A stretch of 64,000 nucleotides of DNA, taken from Candidatus Izemoplasmatales bacterium (GTDB taxonomy: Bacteria; Bacillota_I; Bacilli_A; Izemoplasmatales; Hujiaoplasmataceae). The stretch lies in NCBI GenBank assembly GCA_050177605.1, contig JBFXGX010000004.1, forward strand, positions 1-64,000, read 5' to 3'. The position numbers were made by a program, and so were the translations under genes. The notes beneath the pieces are model-generated. The model was not told where the DNA came from and ran no database searches. It saw only the letters and a list, made by a program, of their open reading frames with translations. Shown in pieces: positions 20,493 to 30,373 of the stretch (position 1 is the first letter of the stretch; each line of letters begins with the position of its first letter).

Positions 20493-21767
20493 ATGGATAT
20501 GAATCGTGCTTTTTTACAAATTCTGCAAGAAGAACTCGTACCAGCACTTGGTTGTACTGAACCAATTGCGATTGCCTTTGCTTCCGCAAAAGCAAAAGAA
20601 GTTTTAGGTTCTTTGCCTACGAAGATTTCCATCAAAAGTAGTGGTAGTTTACTTAAAAATATTAAATGTGTAAGTGTTCCAAATACGAAGATTCATGGGA
20701 TTGAAGCTTCGATTTATGCTGGTATGTTATTTGGAGATAGTAAACTTGGGATGGAAGTTTTGTCTCTCATGAAATATGAAGATGAAAAAGAAATTGAAAA
20801 GTGGATGAAAAGAGGAATAACTGAGGTTGAACTATTAGAATCTCCTCTCAATCTGCATTTTGTTCTCCGCTTTGAAAAAGATGAAGAATGTGTTGAAGTT
20901 GAAGTTCAAAACTTACATACAAATATCACAAGAATTACGAAAAATGGCGAGAATATTTATGAAGCAAATACCGATTTATTAAAATATTATGGCGTTCTGT
21001 CGGATCGCAGTTTTATGCGGGTTGATAATATATATTCTTTTGTGGAAAACGCAGATATCGAAGACTTAAAAATCATTATGTCACCGCAAGTGAAACTCAA
21101 TATGGATATTGCAATTGAAGGTTTTGCAGGAGACTATGGTGTATCGATTGGTAATGCGATTTTGTTTAATGATCAGTCGACTTATGCAAAGATGAAAGCT
21201 TTCGCTGCGAGTGCAAGTGAAGCCAGAATGTGTGGTTCTAGTTTACCAGTGATTACGAACTCTGGGAGTGGCAATCAAGGGATTGCTTCAAGTGTTCCAG
21301 TGATTGTCTATGCCAAAGAACATCATTTGAGTGAAGAAAGAATGTACCGCGCTTTAGCGCTATCCAACCTATTAACGATTTATCAAAAAAATTATATCGG
21401 CAGGTTAAGTGCATTTTGTGGAGCGATTAGTGCTTCTGCAGGGGCTGGCGCTGCGATTACTTATTTAGCAGGCGGGTCTTTAGAACAAATCAAACATACA
21501 ATTGTCAATAGTTTAGCCGATGCTTCAGGGATTGTTTGTGATGGGGCGAAAGCGAGTTGTGCTTCAAAAATAGCTTCTAGTTTAGAGTCAGCGTTAATCG
21601 GCCATTATATTGCGATGAATAAGAAAGTGTATCCTTCTTATAGTGGTATCTTAGGAAAAGATGCGGATGATACGATTGCGCTCGTTGGAAGAATTGCGAA
21701 TGAAGGAATGAAAGATACAAACGAAGTCATTTTGAAGATGATGATGGAAAATGACGAAAGTTGTTAA
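20493..21767 (+). CDS. L-cysteine desulfidase / serine dehydratase alpha family (YhaM/CyuA-like)
   Basis: PALGCTEP, SGSGNQG, GRLSAFCG, CDGAKASCASK. Confidence 0.88.
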   Translation: MDMNRAFLQILQEELVPALGCTEPIAIAFASAKAKEVLGSLPTKISIKSSGSLLKNIKCVSVPNTKIHGIEASIYAGMLFGDSKLGMEVLSLMKYEDEKEIEKWMKRGITEVELLESPLNLHFVLRFEKDEECVEVEVQNLHTNITRITKNGENIYEANTDLLKYYGVLSDRSFMRVDNIYSFVENADIEDLKIIMSPQVKLNMDIAIEGFAGDYGVSIGNAILFNDQSTYAKMKAFAASASEARMCGSSLPVITNSGSGNQGIASSVPVIVYAKEHHLSEERMYRALALSNLLTIYQKNYIGRLSAFCGAISASAGAGAAITYLAGGSLEQIKHTIVNSLADASGIVCDGAKASCASKIASSLESALIGHYIAMNKKVYPSYSGILGKDADDTIALVGRIANEGMKDTNEVILKMMMENDESC

Positions 21768-21776
21768 TCAATAGAT

Positions 21777-21803
21777 AAATGTACCAAACAAGGGTACATT
21801 TTT
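21777..21803 (+). terminator. Intrinsic terminator
   Basis: AAATGTACC/GGTACATTT plus T-run. Confidence 0.7.
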
Positions 21804-21873
21804 CATTTGCAACAATCCGTTTACTTTCATATTTTCTTTGATATAATCAACTATAATGATTGTGTAGGGGTAC

Positions 21874-22452
21874 ATGTTTATGGATGAGAATAAATGGATT
21901 GAATTAGAGAATAAGTTAATTGATCGAAATCTAGAAAGTATAAATAAAAAAATTAACGTCGACAAAAATATTGACTATATTGAACTATTGACTGAGTGTG
22001 GCTACGACGATCCAGAGATAGAAGAATTCTTATCAGAAATTGAAAAGTACAGGACTAAGCACTTCCTTGAAATAAATAAGGAATTTGAAGATATTAGTGA
22101 AGAAATTATTAATAAGTTCGATGATTACATGGTTAATGAAATTGAAAATTACGCTATCTATGACAAGAAAGCTATATATCTGTTTGGGCTTCCTGGTTCA
22201 GGAAAATCAACTATATTAGAAGCCATTCAAAAAGATGAAAATATTGACTATATTCTTGTAGATCCAGATGCTTATAAACGAGGAGTATTTCATAATGGAA
22301 CTCTTGTTTTCGAACCACTTCAAGATCCGCAATTATCCGGCCTTGATGTGGAAGTAATCCACAAAACATCATCAATTTTAGCAAAGATATTTACAAAATA
22401 TCTAATTAGCCTCGCCAATAAGAAAACACCGTTAGCTATAAAGTTGAGTTAG
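21874..22452 (+). pseudogene. Zeta-toxin-like P-loop kinase, apparently 3'-truncated
   Basis: AIYLFGLPGSGKST Walker A and LVDPDAYK; ORF ends ~80 aa after the P-loop in GC-richer non-coding-like sequence. Confidence 0.55.
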
Positions 22453-22659
22453 ATCTAACGGGTAACAACAACCGGTTAGCAGATAAGTCAGACAAGCAGG
22501 TTTGCACGCTTTCTAAGCATCTTCAATGCAAGGGGGAAAAAGCAGATTATTCTGATATATCTCGACTTCATTATAACACTAGGACTTCAATCTTATAAAA
22601 AAATAAATATGTAGATAGGAACATCCTAAATCTACACTACATATTATACGAGGGGGTAT

Positions 22660-22854
22660 ATGATGATGAAACAAAATGTTATGGATATTAAAAAAGTCTC
22701 AAAGTCACGTTCTGATATTAACCAAAACAGTGTGTATTTTCATAAACCATATAATCCTTCCTTGGTTGATGAACAAGTTGGTTTAAAGAAGACATCTAGT
22801 GCAGAGAAAACTCACATGAAAGCATTGGATAGCAGACTTGGAATCAAAAGATAA
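22660..22854 (+). CDS. Small basic hypothetical protein (~62-64 aa)
   Basis: GAGGGGG SD and its own terminator at 22875-22904. Confidence 0.5.
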   Translation: MMMKQNVMDIKKVSKSRSDINQNSVYFHKPYNPSLVDEQVGLKKTSSAEKTHMKALDSRLGIKR

Positions 22855-22874
22855 TTATTATCCAGGTATAAATG

Positions 22875-22904
22875 AAAACATAGAGAATCTTCTATGTTTT
22901 TTTT
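22875..22904 (+). terminator. Intrinsic terminator
   Basis: AAAACATAGA/TCTATGTTTT plus T-run. Confidence 0.75.
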
Positions 22905-23118
22905 AATTGTCAGATAGATTTATTTGAAAAGAGAAATCCTCCTAGTTGAATCTTACGCGGTTACTTTTTTGTAAAATATGGGATTATTGAGTTCTATATA
23001 GGTTATTCTTTTTTTTGAAAGCCTTTTTATTTTATTTAGGGGCTTGTTTTTTTTCTCTAGATAAAGTATGATAGTAAAAATTTATCATGACGTCACAAAA
23101 AGAAATGAGGATATGACA

Positions 23119-23922
23119 ATGAATCAATATGATAATCAAAAGAATTATGAGCGCATCGTTCTAAAAGTTGGAACGTCTTCTTTGACATATCCCGATGGGT
23201 CATTAAATGAAGGGCAGATCGAATCAATATGCCATGAAACAACAAACTTACAAAATCAAGGAAAAAAAGTGATTATCGTCACGAGTGGAGCCATCGGAGC
23301 TGGTATGGGGAAACTCGGACTTCAAGAAAAGCCAGAACGATTAGAGATGAAACAAGCACTTGCGGCTATCGGCCAGGCTAGCTTAATTCAAATCTATCAA
23401 GAACATTTCTCCAAAGAAAATCAACTCTGTGCCCAGGTGTTACTCACCAAAGATGTGGTAACGGATGATGTTCAAAGGAAAAATGTGATTAGGACCTTTC
23501 AAACATTATTAGATTTAGGGGTCATTCCTATTGTGAATGAGAATGACACGGTATCTACCGATGAAATTGAAGGGGTAAAATTTTCTGATAATGACCATTT
23601 ATCTGCGGTTGTAAGTTCGCTTACATCCGCAGATTTTTTTATTATATTGAGTGATATATTTGGCCTTCAAAAGAAAGTAGATGGAAAGCTCACTGGTGAG
23701 ATTATCGAGTGTGTGGAACATATCGATGAATCAACTTACGAGCACGTGATAGGTTCAAAATCAAAACTAGGAACTGGTGGAATGGTGACGAAGCTGAAAT
23801 CAATTGAACTTGCAGTTTTGGAAGGAATTGATACCGTTTTGTGTCATTATTCAATGATAGATCAACTAAACTGCATCATACAAGGAAAGAATGTCGGCAC
23901 ATTCTTTAAAGGAGTGAAATAA
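23119..23922 (+). CDS. proB: Glutamate 5-kinase (no PUA domain)
   Basis: IVLKVGTSSLT, VTSGAIG, NENDTV, DND, GTGGMVTK; start chosen by SD GAGG. Confidence 0.95.
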   Translation: MNQYDNQKNYERIVLKVGTSSLTYPDGSLNEGQIESICHETTNLQNQGKKVIIVTSGAIGAGMGKLGLQEKPERLEMKQALAAIGQASLIQIYQEHFSKENQLCAQVLLTKDVVTDDVQRKNVIRTFQTLLDLGVIPIVNENDTVSTDEIEGVKFSDNDHLSAVVSSLTSADFFIILSDIFGLQKKVDGKLTGEIIECVEHIDESTYEHVIGSKSKLGTGGMVTKLKSIELAVLEGIDTVLCHYSMIDQLNCIIQGKNVGTFFKGVK

Positions 23923-25164
23923 ATGGAAGAACGATTAATGAAAGCTGTTTTAGCCAAAAAAGAAATGGCTTTATTAGAATCTAGAGTAAAAAATGAAGTG
24001 TTGCTAGATATTGCTTCTACTTTAATTAACCATCAAGACAAAATCTTGCTGGCAAATAAAATCGATTTAGCGAATGCGAAAATGAATCATTACCACTCTT
24101 CATTCGTTGACCGTCTTGAATTAAGTGGGAAAAGGATACAAGCGATGGTTGATGGTCTTGTTGAAGTGAGTAAACTGGATGACCCAATTGGAAAGACACT
24201 TGAAAGTAAGTATCGTCCTAATGGATTGTTAATCGTTAAAAAGACGGTTGCTTTAGGCGTGATTGGTGTGATTTATGAATCACGTCCAAATGTTACCGTG
24301 GATACTTTCGCTCTTTGCTTTAAAAGTGGGAATGTTTCGGTGTTACGCGGGGGGAAAGAAGCGATTGAGACGAATAAAGTATTAGTTCATTTGATTCATC
24401 AAGTCTTAGAGAAACATTATATCTCAAAAGATGTACTGATCTTTATCGAGGATACAAGAAGAGAAAGTGCAAAAGAATTGATGAAGATGGCAGGGTATCT
24501 TGACTTATTAATACCAAGGGGTAGTGCTTCGTTAATTGAAACAGTGAAAAAAGAAAGTAAGGTACCAGTAATTGAAACAGGCAGTGGTGTGTGTCATTTA
24601 TATGTTGATAAAGAAGCAGATATCGATATGGCGGTGAAAGTTGCCTACAATGCGAAAGTTGATCGTCCTGCAGTATGTAATTCAATTGAAACCATTCTTG
24701 TAGATGAAACAGTGAAAGTTGCTTTCTTAGATAAACTAGCAAAAAGTATGAAAGATATCGTGGTATTCAAGGGGTGTCCAAAAACAAAAGAAATCCTCAA
24801 GGATATCGAGGAAGCAAAAGAAGAAGATTATTATAAAGAATATGATGATCTTTTTATCAATATCAAAGTGACTTCATCTTTAACGGAGGCAATTGATCAC
24901 ATAAACACGCATTCAACCCATCATAGCGAAACAATTATTTCATCAAATGATCAAACGACAAAGTTGTTTTTTGAGTTTGTCGATTCAGCCGTTGTTTATC
25001 AAAATGCATCGACAAGGTTTAGCGATGGTTTTGAATTTGGATACGGCGCAGAAGTTGGGATATCAACGCAAAAGTTACATGCTAGAGGTCCAATGGGACT
25101 TTTTGCACTGACAACGACAAAATACTATGTCTATGGTTCAGGACAGATAAGGAAAACATCATGA
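23923..25164 (+). CDS. proA: Gamma-glutamyl phosphate reductase
   Basis: IYESRPNVT, PAVCNSIET, NASTRFSDG, STQKLHARGPMG. Confidence 0.96.
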   Translation: MEERLMKAVLAKKEMALLESRVKNEVLLDIASTLINHQDKILLANKIDLANAKMNHYHSSFVDRLELSGKRIQAMVDGLVEVSKLDDPIGKTLESKYRPNGLLIVKKTVALGVIGVIYESRPNVTVDTFALCFKSGNVSVLRGGKEAIETNKVLVHLIHQVLEKHYISKDVLIFIEDTRRESAKELMKMAGYLDLLIPRGSASLIETVKKESKVPVIETGSGVCHLYVDKEADIDMAVKVAYNAKVDRPAVCNSIETILVDETVKVAFLDKLAKSMKDIVVFKGCPKTKEILKDIEEAKEEDYYKEYDDLFINIKVTSSLTEAIDHINTHSTHHSETIISSNDQTTKLFFEFVDSAVVYQNASTRFSDGFEFGYGAEVGISTQKLHARGPMGLFALTTTKYYVYGSGQIRKTS

Positions 25165-25967
25165 GCGAACGAATTGGGATTATTGGTGGCGGAACGATGG
25201 GAGAAGCCATCACTTCAGGATTATTAAAAGCAGGACAATATAGTCGAAATCAACTCTTTTTATATGATCCACATCTAGAAAAAAGAATGTATATGAAAGA
25301 ACAATACAATATTCAAATCGTTAGTAACAATATCGAATTAGTCAAATCAGTTGATGTGATTATACTTGCGATTAAACCATATGCATTTGATGCACTCTTT
25401 CAAGAGATTCAGCCTGTATTAGCGGAAAGCCAGTTATTGATTTCAATCGCTGCAGGGATGACGATTAAAAAAATAGAATCGTTCACATCAAACCAGATGA
25501 AGATTGCACGGACAATGCCAAATACAGCATCAAGAATTCGTGAAGGAATTACTGGGTATACGATGAATAAAAACTGCACAAGAAAAGAAGAAGTTATTTT
25601 ACTGAACATACTATCAAGTATCGGAAGTGCTATCAAATTAAAAGAAGCACAATTCGATGTGTTCACATCAATTTGTGCTTCTTCACCAGCCTTTCTATAT
25701 TACTTTATTGAAGCCTTGTCTAGTGTCGGCGAAGAAGAGGGTCTTACCAAAGAAGAATCCTACATGGTTGTCGCAAAGGCAATGAAAGGTGCCGCTTTGA
25801 TGATATTAAATACAATGACTGAACCTAGTCTACTCCGTGATAAAGTCTGTACAAAAGGTGGTACAACGATTGAGGGAATCAAAGTGTTAGAAGAAAATCA
25901 TTTTTATGATATTTTAAGAGAAGCTGCGATTAAAACAGCACTTCGTAGTAAAGAACTATCCAAATAG
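25161..25967 (+). CDS. proC: Pyrroline-5-carboxylate reductase
   Basis: IGGGTMG, LAIKP, RTMPNT, VCTKGGTT. Confidence 0.95.
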   Translation: MSERIGIIGGGTMGEAITSGLLKAGQYSRNQLFLYDPHLEKRMYMKEQYNIQIVSNNIELVKSVDVIILAIKPYAFDALFQEIQPVLAESQLLISIAAGMTIKKIESFTSNQMKIARTMPNTASRIREGITGYTMNKNCTRKEEVILLNILSSIGSAIKLKEAQFDVFTSICASSPAFLYYFIEALSSVGEEEGLTKEESYMVVAKAMKGAALMILNTMTEPSLLRDKVCTKGGTTIEGIKVLEENHFYDILREAAIKTALRSKELSK

Positions 25968-25977
25968 GAGGAAAGGC

Positions 25978-27894
25978 ATGAATTTAACGTATAAAATATT
26001 ATCATCTCACCTCCTTGAAGGTGAGTTAAAAAAAGGAAATGAAATTAAAATAAAAATTGACCAAACGTTAACCCAAGATAGTACTGGAACGATGGTCTAT
26101 TTACAATTAGAAGCTTTCAATGTGAAAGAAAAAAAGACTGATTTAAGCGTCGCTTATATTGATCATAATATGTTACAAACCGACTTCATGAATGCGGATG
26201 ATCATGAATATATCAAAGGGGTCGCGCTTAAGCATGGTATCATTTATTCTAAAGCTGGAGGAGGGATTTGTCACCAAGTTCATTTAGAACGATTTGCAAA
26301 ACCAGGGAGTACGCTCATTGGTTCTGATTCACATACACCAACAGCTGGAGGAATCAGCGCTCTAGCAATCGGTGCAGGTGGACTAGATGTAGCGATTGCG
26401 ATAGCGAGAGGGTATTACTATGTAACAGTTCCTAAAGTGATTAATATCATACTTAAGAACAAATTAAATCCTTTTGTAAGTGCGAAAGATGTAATACTCG
26501 TAATCCTTAAACAATTGACTGTAAAAGGTGGCGTAGGAAGTGTCTTAGAATATTCTGGAGAAGGGATGAAATCTTTATCAGTTACAGACCGAGCAACCAT
26601 CACGAATATGGGTGCTGAACTTGGCGCAACTTCTTCTATATTTCCAACGGACGAATACACCTTAGATTTTTTAATTCGGCAAAACAGAACATCAGATATG
26701 GGTTATTTTGTAGCGGATGATGACGTAACCTATGATGAGGTTATTACGATTGATTTAAGTTTAATCGAACCAAGCGTTGCCTTACCACATAGCCCTGACA
26801 ATGTCGATTTAGTTAAAAATCACCAAATAAAAGTTAACCAAGTCATTGTAGGATCTTGTACAAATTCAAGTTATACCGATATGATGAAAGTCGCACATAT
26901 ATTAAAAGGGAAGAAAATCCATCCCGATGTCAGTTTTTCAGTCAGTCCTGGATCATCGAATATTTTAAGAATGCTCGCAGAAAATGGTGCGCTCGCAGTG
27001 ATGATTTCTGCTGGCGCACGAATCCTTGAAAGTGGGTGTGGCCCTTGTATTGGTATGGGACAAGCTCCCTTTACAAACGGAGTGTCACTAAGGACAATGA
27101 ATCGTAATTTCAAAGGAAGAAGTGGAACAACGTCGGCGGACGTTTATCTTGTCTCGCCAGAAACCGCCGCAGTATCTGCGCTTTATGGCGAATTAACAGA
27201 TCCTCGAAAACTAACAGAGGAACTTCATGTTGCCTTACCACCATCCTACCTTGTCAATGAAACGTATTTTATCTACCCAACAGAAGAAGACAAAACAAAA
27301 GAGATTAAACGAGGACCAAATATTTTACCATTTCCACTTGGAGATAGACTTGAAGATACTTTTCGTAAAACAGTTCTTCTGAAAGTGGGAGACAATATCA
27401 CAACGGATGATATTACACCCTCTAGCGCCAACCTTTTACCATATCGATCAAATATACCTTATTTGAGTACGTTTTGTTTTGGAACGATTACCACAGAATT
27501 TAAACAGCGTGCAACTGCGTTTGATGGCGGCATTATTGTCGCTGGAGAGAATTATGGACAAGGTTCAAGCCGGGAACATGCGGCGCTCGTTCCGCTTTAT
27601 CTGAAAGTAAAAGCTGTTCTTGCGAAATCATTCGCAAGAATTCATAAAGCTAATTTGATTAATGCAGGGATCCTTCCATTAACGTTTGTTCACGCTGATG
27701 ATCATCAATCAATCGATGAATTTGATATCCTTCTTTTTGAAGATGTTCTGTCATCAATTGAAAAAAATCTAGAAATCCGAATATGGAATGAAACCAAACA
27801 AAAAATGATTTATACGGTGTTCACCGGTTCAGCGAAGGATCGACAAGTCCTACTTCTTGGTGGAACAATCCACCAAGTGAAAGGAGAAATGTAA
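25978..27894 (+). CDS. Aconitate hydratase (short 638-aa type)
   Basis: TQDSTGT, GSDSHT, GSCTN, CGPCIG, NYGQGSSREHA; lies next to ICDH and citrate synthase. Confidence 0.88.
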   Translation: MNLTYKILSSHLLEGELKKGNEIKIKIDQTLTQDSTGTMVYLQLEAFNVKEKKTDLSVAYIDHNMLQTDFMNADDHEYIKGVALKHGIIYSKAGGGICHQVHLERFAKPGSTLIGSDSHTPTAGGISALAIGAGGLDVAIAIARGYYYVTVPKVINIILKNKLNPFVSAKDVILVILKQLTVKGGVGSVLEYSGEGMKSLSVTDRATITNMGAELGATSSIFPTDEYTLDFLIRQNRTSDMGYFVADDDVTYDEVITIDLSLIEPSVALPHSPDNVDLVKNHQIKVNQVIVGSCTNSSYTDMMKVAHILKGKKIHPDVSFSVSPGSSNILRMLAENGALAVMISAGARILESGCGPCIGMGQAPFTNGVSLRTMNRNFKGRSGTTSADVYLVSPETAAVSALYGELTDPRKLTEELHVALPPSYLVNETYFIYPTEEDKTKEIKRGPNILPFPLGDRLEDTFRKTVLLKVGDNITTDDITPSSANLLPYRSNIPYLSTFCFGTITTEFKQRATAFDGGIIVAGENYGQGSSREHAALVPLYLKVKAVLAKSFARIHKANLINAGILPLTFVHADDHQSIDEFDILLFEDVLSSIEKNLEIRIWNETKQKMIYTVFTGSAKDRQVLLLGGTIHQVKGEM

Positions 27895-28890
27895 ATGAGA
27901 AAGATTGTTACGTTAATCCCTGGAGATGGCATTGGACCTGAAATTAGTGAAGCACTGATGTTTGTTATGGATAAAATCAAATGTGATATTGATTTTGAGA
28001 TTGTAGATGCTGGATTAACATACTTAGAAAAAGGGGGACAGTTAATCCCAAACGATGTCTATGATAGTATTGAAAAAACAAGATGTGTCATCAAGGGTCC
28101 AATCACAACACCGATTCAAGAAGGATTTCGAAGTATTAATGTCTTCTTAAGAAAAAAATATGATTTATATCAAAATATCCGCCCTGTAAAAGGAATCAGT
28201 CCTTCACTTATCGACTTTGTTATATTTCGTGAAAACACGGAAGGACTGTATATTGGTGAAGAGAAAGATTTAGGAAATGGTATTACAGAAGCAACGAAGA
28301 GAATTACCCGCGTTGGAAGTAATCGCATTATTCAGGCAGCGTTTGAATATGCGTCTATGAATCACCGGAAAAAAGTGACGGTGATTCACAAAGCGAATAT
28401 TTTAAAAGTGACAGATGGACTCTTTTTATCGGTCGCAAGAGAAATCAAGGAACATTTCCCTGAAGTACAATATGAAGAAATGATTATCGATAATGCTTGT
28501 ATGCAAATGGTCATGAATCCTATGCAATTTGATGTCATTGTCACAATGAACTTATATGGTGATATCTTATCCGATCTAGGTGCTGGACTGGTGGGTGGAT
28601 TAGGTCTCGCACCAGGAGCGAATATTGGAAGTGAGTGTGCTATCTTTGAAGCAGTTCATGGAAGTGCACCAAACATTGCAGGAAAAGGAATCGCTAATCC
28701 GGTAGCCCTACTCAGAAGCGCCGTGATGATGTTATCGTATTTAGGCGAAACTGAGAATTCTAACAAACTTGATCTAGCAATCAACCAAGTCCTTGAAGAA
28801 AAAATGATCAGAACTCCTGATTTAGGAGGAACAAACACAACCATGGAGATGGCAGAAGTTATCACTAAAAGATTTGAGATGATACGATGA
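27895..28890 (+). CDS. icd: Isocitrate dehydrogenase (isocitrate/isopropylmalate dehydrogenase family, probably NAD-dependent)
   Basis: IPGDGIGPE, RENTEGLY, HKANI, NLYGDILSD, EAVHGSAP. Confidence 0.85.
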   Translation: MRKIVTLIPGDGIGPEISEALMFVMDKIKCDIDFEIVDAGLTYLEKGGQLIPNDVYDSIEKTRCVIKGPITTPIQEGFRSINVFLRKKYDLYQNIRPVKGISPSLIDFVIFRENTEGLYIGEEKDLGNGITEATKRITRVGSNRIIQAAFEYASMNHRKKVTVIHKANILKVTDGLFLSVAREIKEHFPEVQYEEMIIDNACMQMVMNPMQFDVIVTMNLYGDILSDLGAGLVGGLGLAPGANIGSECAIFEAVHGSAPNIAGKGIANPVALLRSAVMMLSYLGETENSNKLDLAINQVLEEKMIRTPDLGGTNTTMEMAEVITKRFEMIR

Positions 28891-30215
28891 ACGAATTTAT
28901 TAAAAGGCATGTGGAAGAATCGATTCAAAATAACCGAATTGATTCTTCCCTTTATAAAACCTATAATGTAAAAAGTGGTCTACGAAACGAAAATGGGACC
29001 GGTGTTTTGGTAGGTCTTAGTCAAGTCTCGAATGTAGTAGGTTATCATCTGGAAGATGGCAAAAAGATGAATATGAGTGGGATGCTCTACTACCGGGGAT
29101 ATAATATCACCGACATTGTTTCTTCAATTAAAAAGGAAAAAAGACATGGCTTTGAAGAAGTGATGTATTTACTGATTTTTGGCGCTTTACCTAAACAAGA
29201 AGCGTTGACTGAATTTAAACTTATTTTAGGGAAATATCGAGATTTACCAAAGAGTTTTGTCGAAAATATGATTTTAAAAAATCCTTCAATCAATGTGATG
29301 AATAAACTGATGCGTTCTATCTTGGTGTTATATTCATATGATAAGAACCCAGAAGATCAAACGATTGAAAATGTCTTAAATGAAAGTATCAGACTTATTT
29401 CAAGATTCCCTACAATCGTTGCCTATGGGTATCAAGCAAAGAAACATTATTATGATAATGAGTCGTTAATTATTCATATGCCAAAAGCAGACCTTTCAAC
29501 GGCGGAGTATTTACTTTATTTAATTCGTCCTGATAAATTATATACTGAAAAAGAAGCAGAAGTACTCGATATTTGTTTGTTACTACACGCCGATCATGGA
29601 GCGAATAACTCAAGTTTCGCTACCCATGTGGTCTCTTCAACTGGAACGGATCTTTATTCAACGATTTGTACTGCCGTAGGAAGTCTCAAGGGTCCAAAAC
29701 ATGGTGGCGCAAACCTGAATGTAAAATCGATGATCGATGATATAAAGAAAAACGTTGAATACACAGATAAAGTGAAACTAAAAGACTATTTATCAAAAAT
29801 CCTTGATAAGGAAGTGTTTGATCGTGCTGGATTAATCTACGGAATGGGTCACGCCGTATATACATTAAGTGATCCACGCGCTGAAATATTAAGGGGATAT
29901 GCTTATGAGCTAGCACTAGAAAAAAATAAGGTTCATGAGTATGAACTTTATGTATCCATCGAACAATTAACGAAGGAACTCTTTATTGAAAGAAAAGGGA
30001 TTGATATCTGTAGTAATGTCGATTTATATTCTGGCTTTGTTTATTCTATGTTAAATATTCCAGAAGAACTCTACACACCAATCTTTGCTATTTCAAGAGT
30101 AGCTGGATGGGTGGCTCATCGCATCGAACAAGTCATGTCGGATAATAAGATTATTCGTCCTGCTTATCAGTTTGTACTAGAGTATAAAGACTTTGTTGAT
30201 TTACACAACCGATAA
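28887..30215 (+). CDS. gltA: Citrate synthase
   Basis: LYYRGY, ADHG, GPKHGGAN, GMGHAVY, DPR, NVDLYSG. Confidence 0.92.
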   Translation: MNEFIKRHVEESIQNNRIDSSLYKTYNVKSGLRNENGTGVLVGLSQVSNVVGYHLEDGKKMNMSGMLYYRGYNITDIVSSIKKEKRHGFEEVMYLLIFGALPKQEALTEFKLILGKYRDLPKSFVENMILKNPSINVMNKLMRSILVLYSYDKNPEDQTIENVLNESIRLISRFPTIVAYGYQAKKHYYDNESLIIHMPKADLSTAEYLLYLIRPDKLYTEKEAEVLDICLLLHADHGANNSSFATHVVSSTGTDLYSTICTAVGSLKGPKHGGANLNVKSMIDDIKKNVEYTDKVKLKDYLSKILDKEVFDRAGLIYGMGHAVYTLSDPRAEILRGYAYELALEKNKVHEYELYVSIEQLTKELFIERKGIDICSNVDLYSGFVYSMLNIPEELYTPIFAISRVAGWVAHRIEQVMSDNKIIRPAYQFVLEYKDFVDLHNR

Positions 30216-30230
30216 ATACAATTTATAATG

Positions 30231-30270
30231 AAAGCCATAGAGGATAGGAATCTTACGTATGGCTTTTTTT
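30231..30270 (+). terminator. Intrinsic terminator closing the pro-acn-icd-gltA operon
   Basis: AAAGCCATA/TATGGCTTT plus T-run. Confidence 0.7.
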
Positions 30271-30373
30271 ATTGAGAGAAAATCATTAAATTCTTTTAGA
30301 TTATTTTAGATTATTTTTATTATTGACATTTTTGAACATTTATAGTAAAATAAAAAAAGAGGGGGATGATTTT

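Noticed and set aside
22905..23118. Possible T-box leader upstream of proB
   Set aside because: Region is short, no T-box consensus (AAnnnGGTGGnACC) was seen, and a promoter-like element lies just before the start
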